DNA of 63,581 nt, the filler included, from Neolecta irregularis DAH-3 (Eukaryota): NCBI GenBank assembly GCA_001929475.1. It is 13 parts of 13 records of this genome, joined end to end, with 100 filler letters (N's around TTAATTAATTAA, not from the genome) between each part and the next. Parts side by side here need not be neighbours in the genome. Positions count along the whole stretch, not along the records: positions 22,718 to 37,499 come from LXFE01001034.1; positions 37,600 to 46,536 come from LXFE01001037.1; 11 more parts are not named here. One strand, 5' to 3'. A model generated the notes under the pieces. It saw nothing but the letters and a program-made list of their open reading frames with translations, did no database searches and was not told where the DNA came from. The position numbers were made by a program, and so were the translations under genes. Positions 26,599-38,582 of the stretch are shown one piece after another (positions within the stretch are counted from its first letter, which is position 1; each line of letters begins with the position of its first letter).

Positions 26599-27311
26599 GT
26601 ACNNNNNNNNNNACAGAGCTAGGGACCACAAACATACATGATAGTGGACTCCAAAAATTCGAATCGGAGTATTTGGATGAACCGCTCGAATTGCTGCGAT
26701 AGCACTGGTCCGCCTTAAGATTAATGGCTTTCGAATACAAAACACTACCATGTGTGTCAGTGGTATGAATGAAATATTCCTCAATCGAAGAAACAGAAAA
26801 GCTATCTATCTTAATGCTTCTGCAGAGCACATCCTCCACGCTGGCAGAAAGTTAAACTGAGCTAAAAAAGGAAGAACAGGAAGTCCCAAACCCCGGCATT
26901 AACCTCCCGACTATCGAGGATACCCTGGGGGAGAAATGATGAACAAAGAATGGGCCTCTTCTACTAATCGGGAGATGCTTTGAATTCTGAAGGCGCATAC
27001 TTGGAGGAACCGAGGAGAAGGGTTTTGAGATTTTTATCTGAAATAATAATATCTGACTTTAAGATGACTGGGCAGATCTTGTTGACTGTGAGCCTTCAGC
27101 ACGCGTATGACAAGCTCGTCCAATATAAAACTATTTGTTCTATTGATAGAATTACGCTGTAAACACGAGGTAATTACGTTCGTGTCTCACAGGGGTTTGT
27201 TTATTTATCCACGTGACAATGACGTTTACGCGAAAAAAGTGTATCACAAGATTTAAGCCTCCCTTGGCACCCTATCACTTCCGCTCCCTCATTTTGTGAC
27301 TTGATCCCACC

Positions 27312-28493
27312 ATGTCTACATCTCAGACTACAGGGAAACGAGCGTCAAGCCCTTACTTACAGAATACAAGTGCAGAAAATACTACTACACAACCGAAGCC
27401 TCACCAAAATGCAAATATGCTTCAACCGTCGTTCGCACATCAGCTCCCAACAGCTGAACAGAATCTCGGGTTCTATGGGAAAATGATCGACTCTATCGGG
27501 ACCTGCATAGGTTCTATGGGCTCAATCCCCTGCTGTTTTCTTTGTCCAAATCCATACAAATCAGGCAGATAATTTCTCCCCCAGATTTGTATTCTAACTT
27601 CGCGGCAGTCTCCGAAGGCCAGATCGGTCTGGTTTTAAAGTTTGGAAAATATGAACGAGCTGTTGATCCAGGTCTGTGTAAAGTTAATCCTTTATCCGAA
27701 CGCCTTCAAAGCGTCGATATCAAGATTCAGATTGTCGAGGTTCCTCAACAAGTACGTTGTAATATCATTGAAATTTCCTTAACAAGTAGACTTGCATGAC
27801 AAAAGACAACGTAAACGTTCTCATCAACTCAGTTATATACTATCATATTACATCGCCCTACAAAGCAACCTTTGGAATCACAAGTGTCAGGCAAGCTCTA
27901 ATTGAAAGAACTCAAACAACGCTCCGACATGTTCTTGGGGCCAGGGTTCTTCAAGTATGCATGTCCCAAAATCCTTTCCTTTAATTCATGAAGGATGTTA
28001 TTGAACGAAGAGAAGAGATTGCACAGTCAATCCAAGAAATCATCAAGGACGTTGCTGAAAATTGGGGAGTCAAAGTTGAGTCCATTCTCATCAAAGATAT
28101 CGGGTTCTCTCTTGAACTTCAAGATAGTCTTAGCATGGCTGCTCAGGCCAAGCGAATTGGAGAGTCTAAAATCATTTCTGCGAAAGCAGAAGTCGAGAGT
28201 GCAAAGTTGATGAGACAAGCGGCTGATATTCTCGCCAGTAAACCAGCTGTATACTCTCCTCGCCAGATTCTTGCTTATTCCACTAGATGCAAATTCGATA
28301 TTTAGAGGCTATGCAAGCGATGGCTAAAAGTTCTGGTTCTAAAGTCATTTTTATGCCTTCCGTTGGACATCCTCAAGACGCTGCAGATGGAAGTTCAGCA
28401 AATTTAAATCCCCCGAGGTCTAAATACGATTTCAGTAATGACTTTGACCAAACGATTATGAGTGCTACTCTTGCTGAAAATATCCATAGTTAG
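27312..28493 (+). CDS. Stomatin/SPFH (band 7) family protein (4 introns, first is GC-AG)
   Basis: IPCCFLCPNPY, VDPGL.KVNPLSE, CMTKDNV, ALIERTQTTLRHVLGARVLQDVIERREEIAQSI, AMQIRYLEAMQAMAK. Confidence 0.92.
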
Positions 28494-28720
28494 GCGTTCT
28501 AATTTTGATGAAAGTTGTTATTATACTTGTTTCTCTTCAGGTCTTTGGACCAGATTTGCTGGTATTATTTTCTGCTTATGTAATGTTCTATAATAAGAAA
28601 TCTATCTAATGTCAATGCGCTCGTGACCGCAATATAAATTCCTTCCTCCTCTCTCGCTGTACCTTGCAATTTCATTAGATCTTATTAGTAACACAATCAG
28701 AGGGGTTTCTCGCAGGATAA

Positions 28721-29039
28721 ATGTCCTCGAGCGTTGCTGAAGAGTGCACGCCCTTAAAAAAAAAATATGATAATTGCTTTAATGATTGGTACTCAAACAA
28801 GTATATCAACAAACTCTCCTTATGCTTACGATCTAGGTTTCTCAAAGCCAAAAGTTTGACTAATGAGTGCGAGGAAGAGTTTCAGGAATATAAACTGTGT
28901 GTTTTGGTCTGCGATGTTGCTGTTAGATTTTAATAAGATATAGAAAGCTATGAACACCAAGGGAATCGACAAGTTGCTGGATGACGCACGTAAAGAAGCA
29001 CCTACAGAACGCGGCGCACGGTTTAAGGACAATGATTAG
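28721..29039 (+). CDS. MDM35: Twin CX9C mitochondrial protein Mdm35/TRIAP1
   Basis: [30 protein letters not shown]..C...F.EYK.CV..A...KGI..LL..ARKE; 2 GT-AG introns. Confidence 0.93.
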
Positions 29040-29335
29040 AGTATAGCGGAATCACTATAGAGCGTGGACCAGTAGGCAGCTTTTTTTATGGCTCTGCCGG
29101 TTGAGGAACGCCCTCAGTCAAAGGTCTAAGAAACCTTTTAATAGTATCATATTACACGGCGCGTGCATACGTTAAAGTTTCCCGGGATTTGGGTAGGGTA
29201 TCATGCGGACCCGTCGGGCTCGACATTGTGGTCAACCATGACGCTTGTTTACGTCAATTTCCCTCCCTCGACTCTTAGCTAGCCATACTTAAACACCTCA
29301 TTCTCCCTTATTCTCCACTTCCCACCACGCTTAGC

Positions 29336-31839
29336 ATGGCAGAGATGTTCGAAGCAAGCAAATTGGAAACACCAAATCTTCCAGATGCTCGAATGTCTCC
29401 AACAACTGCAAATCAGATATCTCTCAAGAAATCCAGCTTTGCAATGCTGAATTCAATGAACTCTTTTGATGTCGCAGATTCTGGAAAGACATTGGATGAT
29501 ATCTACAATCGTGATTTCAGAGTCAGTCGTCTCAAGAATGCTCGTGGCTCCATGCAAGCTCGTATTACAACTTCTGCAAAGAAAACCGGTCTTCGAGCCC
29601 AGTTGGCTAGCTTGGGGCTTTCGGTAATGGGGTTCTTCCTCTCCATCAAACCATGGTTCAAATTTATGTTCTCTCTTCTCCAAGAGATTTCTTATTCAGT
29701 GGTTGCGAACCCCTCCATGTTTCTTACATGTATGCCATATATTGAATATATGCTAATTGAAATCTCAGCTCCAACCAATTTTTTGATTCTGGTTTTCGGG
29801 CTACCACATGCTGGAGCAGCTCTACTTGTTCTCGCTCCTTTGCTCTATCTTTTACTCCATAATCGATGGTTAATAAATATATACAATAAGCTGTCATCAG
29901 AGCAGGGCAACCTCTCCCTCATCAACTGGTACGATGTCAGCAGAATGGCTTGCTCACAATCAGGTCTGATCCAGAGATGTATAGTAACCAGCATGACGAC
30001 TTGATTCGACGGGCAAAGAAAACCATGTGTATGAATGTAGGTTAATTCAAATGCTCACTGCCACAGCTGCACATCGTTCTACAGCAGAAACCAAAGATAG
30101 TGCCAAGTTCAATATCGATGTTGCTCGGTGGCTCTTACTAGTCTCTGGTATCATGTATGAGAGGTATGTCTTTTTCCTTTTTCGCATCATTAATGTCCGT
30201 AGAGATACCAACAAAGCTTTAGAAGCTACCAAAGCTGTATGATCCACCTCTTACTCCATCTGCCGAATATAGCCAATCTTTTAGTATTACGAGTCTCAAG
30301 ACGACCATTCCTTGTCTTTTGCGGGACTTCGTACTCAGGAAGACATCAAAAATTTTGTTAGAAGCAAACAAGGCGACAAAGATGAAACATTTTCAATGGT
30401 CTCTAGCAATGGGAACTATCATTTTAGACCAGAGAGCCGAATTGAACAACAAACGCGCATCTGGGACGTTCATTTCCGACCTATTAGTCACATGAAACGA
30501 CTCTATAGTCCTTTTGCAGGAATCTGGTGGAATTCTGGGCAGGATCCCTTCATCATTGTTGCGTTCAAGGGAACCACTCCAGTTGATTACTCAGAATTTC
30601 TAGTTGATGCAAGCTTTCAGAAAACAGATGCTTCTGCTTTCTTATGGGGGAACTGTCATCAAGGGTTTTATGATGCAATTTTTCCGCAAGCTCGCCTTTA
30701 AAATGACAGTGATGACATATTAGAGATGCCTATGATAGTTCTTTGCATGGTGGTGGTAATGAAGAGTCGCCTTATGGAAGCCTTATCCAAGCGATTCGCA
30801 TCAAAGCCAAGGAGCTACATGCAGCCATAAAAGAGAAATATCCATATATTAAGATCCCAGTTTATGTTACTGGCCACTCTCTTGGCGCCGCTATGGGTAT
30901 ATTATATGCTTTGTATCCACGGTGACCGTTAGCTTCTTTATTCTATGCTCGGCTTTTGAAAGCTCCACATGATCTTGGACCTCTCGTTGATATACGCCAA
31001 GCCTATGTATATGGTTGTCCGGCTGTAGGTGACGTCGAATTCGCTCAAGGTAAATATTGTGACCCTTGTGAAGTTAAACATGTTAGGATTCGCTTCAGAA
31101 ATTAACTCATCGTACTCAAATCACTTCGGTCTCTGGCGAGTAATCGACGACAGCGATATTGTTACTAGACTTCCTCTCAATTTTAGTAATCCGCTCTCGG
31201 GAAGACCATCCAGAAACCCGTTCGTGAAACACGGCTCTCTCGTTGATTATTGCGTGATTGGAAACGGTGTTCGTGTCTTTGGTGACGGACGAGAACCTCA
31301 AGTTTGCTGGAAGATGCCCAGGTCGGCCAATGTATATCTTTTCCTTTATGGTCGTAACTGACGAATAGGTTTTTGAGATGTCTGATCCTACTACTGCCCC
31401 ACTCAGAAATCCTTTTAAGGGTGTTATTAACTGGGCTAAAAAGTTTATTCATGGAGGTAATGCAATGCGAGTAGAGCTCGCTTGTCCCAAGCCTATCAGG
31501 TGCATCAATGGTCCTTTGGGCTTTAAGTTGACTCTAGCAGAGATCATTTTCCTACTGAGTATTTCCGCAATCTTTCCAAATCCGAAAACTATTTCAAATT
31601 TCACGATGAATTATTTGCCAAATGATTTACATTGCATTTCTCGACTCTTCGTCAATTTCCCAAAATATTCTTATTGCATCCTTGTGTTTTTTTGGTTAAT
31701 GAATGTGTACATGATGTGGATGAAAAATATAGCAATGGAATGTGCACAACAAAATATGAATAGTATCATCAAACAAATAAGGCTGCGTTTTGCAGTCTCC
31801 TCAAAATATTTTCATGAAATCCGAAAACGTGAAATTTGA
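29336..31839 (+). CDS. Class 3 lipase-family protein with N-terminal membrane segment (about 9 introns; 3' end uncertain)
   Basis: IIVAFKGTTP, CHQGFY, YVTGHSLGAAMA nucleophile elbow, YVYGCPAVGD, RVIDDSDIVTRLP. Confidence 0.85.
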
Positions 31840-32148
31840 AATTTATTTCGCATAATTCCAAAAAACCTGCTTTGAAGTCCCTCGCCAATTTTTCAAAATG
31901 GCAATTCGTTATCACTGTTCTCCTTACATCATAAACGGGCGTGTCAAATCCGAATTCCATGAATTACCTAATTTCATGAAATTCTTGCTAGGTCGGGCTA
32001 AAAGAAGTGGCTACAAAATGCATCCTTAATAATTTATCTGCAAGTTCATGATTTCAAAGAATAGCTTCATGCCATAGTAAATATCAATCGACGAGTTCCA
32101 TTTCTCGTTTATCGATCGATGATTGCAGATTAATTGGAGGTGGTATTC

Positions 32149-33082
32149 TTAATTTGTTTTGTGCCCTTCCGGTGATAGGAATGATTCATAAGCGCTTAAC
32201 CAAGCCTGCTTCCCTCCGGTTTCTATTATGTCTCCATGGCACGGAATAACTCTATTGAACTCCCAATCAGCGACAGTACTGGCATCTCTTTTCATAGCCC
32301 TAAAAATAAGTAACAGATCCGCAAAGACCACCACACGCTTTATCTTTTGCTCCTGCCATTAGAAGCCACCTATGTAGGCGACTATGTGGGCTGAAGTGCG
32401 TATGGACAAGCCTTGCAATTCCCGAAAGAGCTGCTTCTTTCGATCCATACTGCTCTGTAGCTGGAAGGTTAAATAACTGACATCAGTCAATGAAAAACTT
32501 GACCAGGCAACCTACTAAATCTGCTTGAATTAATGTTTTTGAAGATTTGTGAAGGAATGCGATGTCCTTGTTGATATATCCACTGAAATAGGCAACTTCA
32601 AGCTAAATAATGAGTCTTAAAAAGTTAAGGTCATGCACCTCATCTTCATATCCAACTCTCTTATCATTTGAATGTTTTCCATAGACATGAGCAAATTTCA
32701 ACGTGCTTTCAATCTTCTCTATTCCATCCACTCCGACAATGAGTGCGTCAGGATATTTTTGACTATACTGTTTGACTGCACGTTAATTTCAATGTATGAC
32801 GTCATAGCTAACGGTAGAGATGATGTTCGGTATCCGGTGCAATGATATATCTCAGCTTCCCAAGCGAGTCCAGCTTTTCTTTGATGCTGTCTTCAAACTC
32901 AATTGGTGAGAAAAGAAGCACATCTCCATTGCGTAACTTGATGCTGTGGATTAGTTGCAGTGCTTTGATGCGGCATGCGCAGTGGCTCGCCCTCCGAAAT
33001 GAATAAATCCAAATCTCTCAAAAGGCCGACTGAAGGTAGCAATTTCTGGCGTGATATGTCTAAATTTTGCACCAATAGACAT
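32149..33082 (-). CDS. DUF4336/metallo-beta-lactamase-like conserved fungal protein (5 introns, first is GC-AG)
   Basis: TFSRPFERFG..HFGGRATAIKL.NG, YIIAPDTEHHL, FLHKSSKTLIQADLLFNLP, WEFNRVIPCHGDIIE. Confidence 0.8.
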
Positions 33083-33592
33083 TGTTATAGATGACGTGAT
33101 GGAAGGTGGACAAGCAAATCATTACGATCACCTCGTGGCGTTGTGTCACACCATTCACATGAAATTGATCCTACAATGAAAAGCCATGTCGAATAAACTT
33201 TATCCATTTGGTCCTCGTAGCTAATTCATCATATTTTCTTCTTTGATATTTTGCATTATAATGTTATATTAGATGATTCTCGACGCATTGAAAGAGCGAA
33301 ATCTAGCTATGTCTCATGATTCAGTCCTTAAATTAATCAAGTGTCTTCATATATATTAATCCTCAATCATTTTGCAGGCATCTTAATTGCCAGATTCCAA
33401 GCAGATGAACTTTGTTCAATCAAAAAGAAAGCTCACACAATGACTCTTTCCTCACTTCCAAGTATTTATTTCTATGAAGAGATAACTACAACAAGATCAA
33501 TGCTATCTATGCAATCCATGCCACCAAAAGAAAGAGCCGAATCCATTAATATCTCCCCATATAAGGCACGAACATGTACCAGAAAATAATTG

Positions 33593-34711
33593 TTAAAAAC
33601 GGGCCAAGTCGCTCATAGACCGTGGTGCCATGCTGGGAGGAAGACCATTTACTGTGACTAGAGGGAAAGTGGGAGTACTTCCTGAACTGTTTTCCTGAAC
33701 AAGATCTTCCTCAAGCATATTTGCAAGATCATCAAGGTCATCTTCGCTTTCATTGGCATCGGATTCTTCTGAATCATCAGATTCAGATGATGACTCCTCT
33801 GATTCTGGAGACGAGGATCTCTTAATTTTCGGTTTTCGAATCAGTGGCGCACGCACCGCCTGGGGTTCTTCTGTGTTCCTTTCAGGAATAGCATCGATAT
33901 CCATCGGAATAAGTCCACTAGGCATCTCTAGTCCGAGACCTTTAGGAGAATCTGAGCAGGTAGGCGGAGGTGTGGGCAACTTTTTGGATGAAAGTACGGT
34001 TTTCTTTCCGGTTGGTTTCCTGACTATCGGCGTTGTTTTTGGTGTATGTTGAACTGCAGCTGGTTTCTGAACTCGCTGGGCAGATGATTTCTGGGATATC
34101 GACTTGAAGTTGGAGGAACTGTTATTTTGAGGTGGACTTGCAAGTAGCTTAGTTGACTTCGTAGGCGATCGTTTGGTGCCTTGCAAAAAAGGAGATCGCT
34201 TCCCTGACTCTGTGTCGGACAAAGTTGGAGTTGTTCGAATAGGGAACTGAAGAGTATTTGATGTCTGTCGTGTCTTGCTTCGATCCTGATTGAATCGCAT
34301 AAACATATCTACAATTTCGAGCGTGAATTTCTGAAGGAATAAGCTTTCAGCTAAATGAGGATGACAAACCCCAGTTTTTGGGTCAAAAACAAGACAACAG
34401 TCAACATCTCTCCCATGAGATGGAATGCCAGATGTGAACAGATGAGGTCGTTCCGACTTGAATGTAAGAGTCAAATCAGCCTGACAAAGCACCTGTGTTG
34501 AGTTCCACTCAACATCAAAACTTTTTGGACCCCCAGACAACTTACCAGGTCGTCTGGTATCTATCGATTCGGGTTTGAAGTTATCTAGGGCCAGATCAGG
34601 CTCAAATTTTAGGAATATGGAGTGTATACATCTCACTGAAAGCAGCTTCTGACAATCACCGCCCGCTGTATCGAAAGACTTTCCCAGCTCTACAGTATAG
34701 CGAGCAGGCAT
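33593..34711 (-). CDS. EAF-domain transcription elongation factor (ELL-associated factor-like)
   Basis: Spliced SVRYNFKPESID..RPG, DCCLVFDPKTGKFTLE; S/P/K-rich middle and acidic C-terminus; three in-frame GT-AG introns. Confidence 0.75.
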   Translation of the reverse strand: MPARYTVELGKSFDTAGGDCQKLLSVRCIHSIFLKFEPDLALDNFKPESIDTRRPGKLSGGPKSFDVEWNSTQVLCQADLTLTFKSERPHLFTSGIPSHGRDVDCCLVFDPKTGVCHPHLAESLFLQKFTLEIVDMFMRFNQDRSKTRQTSNTLQFPIRTTPTLSDTESGKRSPFLQGTKRSPTKSTKLLASPPQNNSSSNFKSISQKSSAQRVQKPAAVQHTPKTTPIVRKPTGKKTVLSSKKLPTPPPTCSDSPKGLGLEMPSGLIPMDIDAIPERNTEEPQAVRAPLIRKPKIKRSSSPESEESSSESDDSEESDANESEDDLDDLANMLEEDLVQENSSGSTPTFPLVTVNGLPPSMAPRSMSDLARF

Positions 34712-35156
34712 CCCCGGAACAATCATACTAACACGAAAGGCGGTGGAAAGAAAAGCCGTGGTGGGGCAGCGGGCAATCGGAAGACCCGCCCGGCTTCCTC
34801 TTACGGAAAACACCGGAGCGGCATTAACCAGAAAGGTTCTACATTCCTGCGAAGTGTATGATTCCTTCACCGTCATACACTTCGCAGGAATGTCTATATT
34901 TAAATTATCTTTATCAAGACGAGAGAATTTGTACTCAATATCTGGAAGAGCCTTTTTTACAATTCTTTATATTTGTTTGTCACAATTTTCTCTTTAGCGT
35001 AACTTAGTTTCCAACGATTTAGGAATACCCAAGGTCTTAAGCTGTTGCAGGAGCCTGTTTCCTAAACCTTTCTAAAGCTATAAAAAGGATATCATTACAA
35101 TTGTTGCAGAGCAGCCATTAATGAAGAACAGTCATTTATCTTCAACTCATTGTTCG

Positions 35157-35260
35157 TCTTCGGTAGTATAGTGGTGAGTATATTCGCCTGTCATGGATAC
35201 AGGAAATCATATCCTCGGACAGTCTCGCGAATGACCCGGGTTCAATTCCCGGCCGGAGAG
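35157..35260 (+). tRNA. tRNA-Asp(GTC) with 32-nt intron (35194-35225)
   Basis: Acceptor TCTTCGG/CCGGAGA, anticodon stem TTCGC/GCGAA around CTGTCA, T-loop GGTTCAATTCC, downstream T-run. Confidence 0.93.
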
Positions 35261-35532
35261 TAAACTTTTAATTTTCCCTACGACCTTTCCTGACACTATA
35301 AATAAGAAATTTTCATGACAAATACACGATCGAACTCTTCTATATCAATTAGGCCATGACTAACAGGCCAATGTTGTGATTAATGTTCCTTATTTTCACA
35401 AAGCAATGGCATTCAAAAATTTTAAATCAGTTATTGTAACGATGTCTGATTTCCTGTCGCTCAATGAACTCTCTTTGTTGTCACAATTCACTTGAAACTG
35501 AGGCATGGTTGAGGAAATTGGATGATGTCTTT

Positions 35533-35709
35533 TGTAACGATATAACTGGTGTATTACCGGATATATCTTACGGATGTAGCAAGTAAAGGCCTCTAGATAG
35601 GGTATATCAAGGTTTAGCTAGCATATCTCAACCTAAGCGTCTAAGGCCCGCTGCTTAGGTTAAGGAAATCAACCCGATCTTATTTGTACACTACGCTTCA
35701 CGAATTACA
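35533..35709. mobile_element. Solo LTR, 177 bp, with 5-bp target-site duplication
   Basis: TGTAA...TTACA termini flanked by TCTTT on both sides (35528-35532 and 35710-35714). Confidence 0.8.
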
Positions 35710-35992
35710 TCTTTCATCCTCCTTCGCATAAAGCATGTGGCATTAGAAGAGTTTCACTTTGGAAGCCATTCAAACTTTTAGAATCGAGCTGTGGTCCGAT
35801 TTGCTTGAATGGCGAAGGGCAACGGAATATAGAGAGATTAATAAGCTAGTTCACGGGATTGCCTAGTCAGATAAATGTAAGATCCATACTTTAACCACCT
35901 GACTTCCGGTTTAAATTTCAAGTTACTGAATCAATATTTGGTGAATAATGAAACCAAGTCAAATTAGGATATACATATACATGAAGATTTGT

Positions 35993-37339
35993 TCAAACTT
36001 CCTGTGCATAATTGAACAACAAACTCACACTCTCTCCATTGTGTGTCCTTCTTATCGCCTCTGCAATGATTGGTGCAACATCAAGAACATCAAGCTTAGG
36101 ACAAAGCCGTTTATGCTCGTCCTGGGGAACAGTGTTACTGACAATGATTCTATCTATTGCACTCGCATTAATGCGCTCGATTGCATCTCCAGAGAGGATT
36201 GCATGGGTGACGAGACCGTAAACATAAGTTGCGCCGTTGTCTTTGAGAGTTTTAGCTGAGCGGGTAATCGTGTTAGCCGTATCTACCAGATCATCGATCA
36301 GCTAGTAGAGTATTAGTCAGTAATGATGGGATATCATACGATTGCAACTTTTCCGCTGACATCCCCTACGAGCATCATATGAGCGTTCTGACGATCGTAG
36401 ATTTTCTTAGGTCTACGTTCTTTGTGTATAAGTGCAAAGTCCATGGCTAAGGTCAGCTATATTAATGAACATTAACTTGCACAGAGTGTCGGCAATAGCA
36501 GTGGCTCTTTTGGCTCCTCCGGCATCAGGACTCACGATGACAGCGTCCTGATAATCAGGAATTTTCGTTGTGATAAATTTTTGTAGCAGTGGTTTTCCGT
36601 AGAGGTTATCGACTGGGATATCAAAGAATCCTTGGAATTGCGGGTCCTATCAAGCAATAGTTTTTATCAACGAGCAGAGTGCAAACATGTAAATCCATGG
36701 TAATGATATGATCCGCCCCAGCACAAGTCAATAGTCCAGCTACTAGGGTTCCCGCTTGAGCAACCCATTCTCTATAAATGGAATTTCTCGTCTTTGGTCC
36801 CTCGGGAAATATTCTCGGTGGATCCTCTGGAACTTCTGACTCTTTTATTCCATTCAACTGCTTCTTGGTAGCAGCACGGTCGAATTTGTCAGTCACAGGA
36901 GTTGGAGGCCGTGAGTTGAAACTATAAAAGTCTCTGTGTGTCAATTCAGGAGCTCTGGCAAGCGGGGCGCCGGCCTTCGAATATGGAATATCCGGCTGCC
37001 GAGAGTAGGGAAACACTGGAACAACAGCTGTGACCTTACTAGCCGATGCGGTTTTACATGCCGAGATTGTAATGAGAAGTTCCATTAGATTGTCATTCAG
37101 CGAAGTTTTATGACTTCCACAGCCGGGACTGACTACATAGACATCTTTACCTCGGACTGAGTCGCGTATATTGACCAAAGTTTCATTGTTACTGTTATTT
37201 CAGCAGCATTCTGGGGAATGAGCAAGTAAAACCTAAACTTGGACCGCTCAACTTGGCCTTCTCGTATACCCAGCCGGAAACAAATATCCTGAGTCAAAGC
37301 CGGGTGGGAAGACCCGCTGAGAACAACCATATTCCGCAT
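35993..37339 (-). CDS. Ribose-phosphate pyrophosphokinase with internal insertion (Prs5/Prs1-like; 4 introns, one GC-AG)
   Basis: [86 protein letters not shown]. Confidence 0.93.
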
Positions 37340-38582
37340 TATGAGGGATAGATCCGACCGAGATGGCGACGACGAAGGGTTTTGAGTTGAATACCTTTGA
37401 AGCCGCCCGTGATCACGCTTTCGTACTCACACCAAATGCATCAAGATCACGAATACTTTAGCTATTTAACATCATTACCTCTATCTTCGTTAAGATCAGN
37501 NNNNNNNNNNNNNNNNNNNNNNNNNNNNNNNNNNNNNNNNNNNTTAATTAATTAANNNNNNNNNNNNNNNNNNNNNNNNNNNNNNNNNNNNNNNNNNNNC
37601 TGCAAGCAGCACATGTGATAGAATAACAGTGTGAAACAGCAAGGCACTTTTGTCAGCTGGCAAAATTTGAAATAAACGTACAAATTTCTAAGATTCATCT
37701 CGACAGTCAAAAATATCGCCAAGAGCAAGTACAAATCTCACAAGCGCAGGCAAAATCAAGAGATTATTGAACAGTTGTCAATAGAACAAGGGAATATTTG
37801 TTGATTGTTTTTGGCAAATATAGTCTCACAGGATCGTGGAGACTAAATAGAGATAGCTATTGGTATTTCTACAAGGGCGACCTAGCCCTTCTTTTAAAGA
37901 CATTTCTAGCAGAGCTCACATGTGAAACAGCCGGTCCAAATAAAAAACTCAGTTGAGACAAGAGGAGGGACATATGTCCGCTGTGACAAGAGGAGCCTAG
38001 GAGGGTCACGAGCATGGAAAATTATCGGATAAACCAAGAGAAAGCCACTCCAGCAAAATTTACTGATAGTAAATATATGTAAAGAGGCAAGTTTATGACA
38101 GGGAGCGCAGGAAGAAGTAGAAGAGCAGCAGGCTGAGGCAGATGGAAGAATAAGAAATAAAATAATTGCTTCATAATATCCAATATCACGTGATATTCAC
38201 CTTGGTCGGGGACGGGCATCACATTTGACGAAAATTTGTTTTTCACAGACTCGGGATGTGACAAAGGGATCATGGAGAAATCGAGAAATGAAACATTGTT
38301 TACATTCGAAGTAACTTATAGAAACTATACTAATATTTCCACTCACAAACTCTACCCACAAGACGAACAAAGAGGGCACTATCTCTGCAATTGTTTAAAT
38401 TTATACATTCTGAATTTGTCAAACGTTTTCTTTGCGAGCAGTGGAATGGAGGGCCAAGGAGTTTTGACAAATGCAGTGCAAAATACCTTTTACACCATTT
38501 TCGTTATTCATTCTCGCTCTTTTTACAAATCAAATATAGTTGCATGTGATCCTCTAACCTTTATAAACTTGCGTGGAATAAT

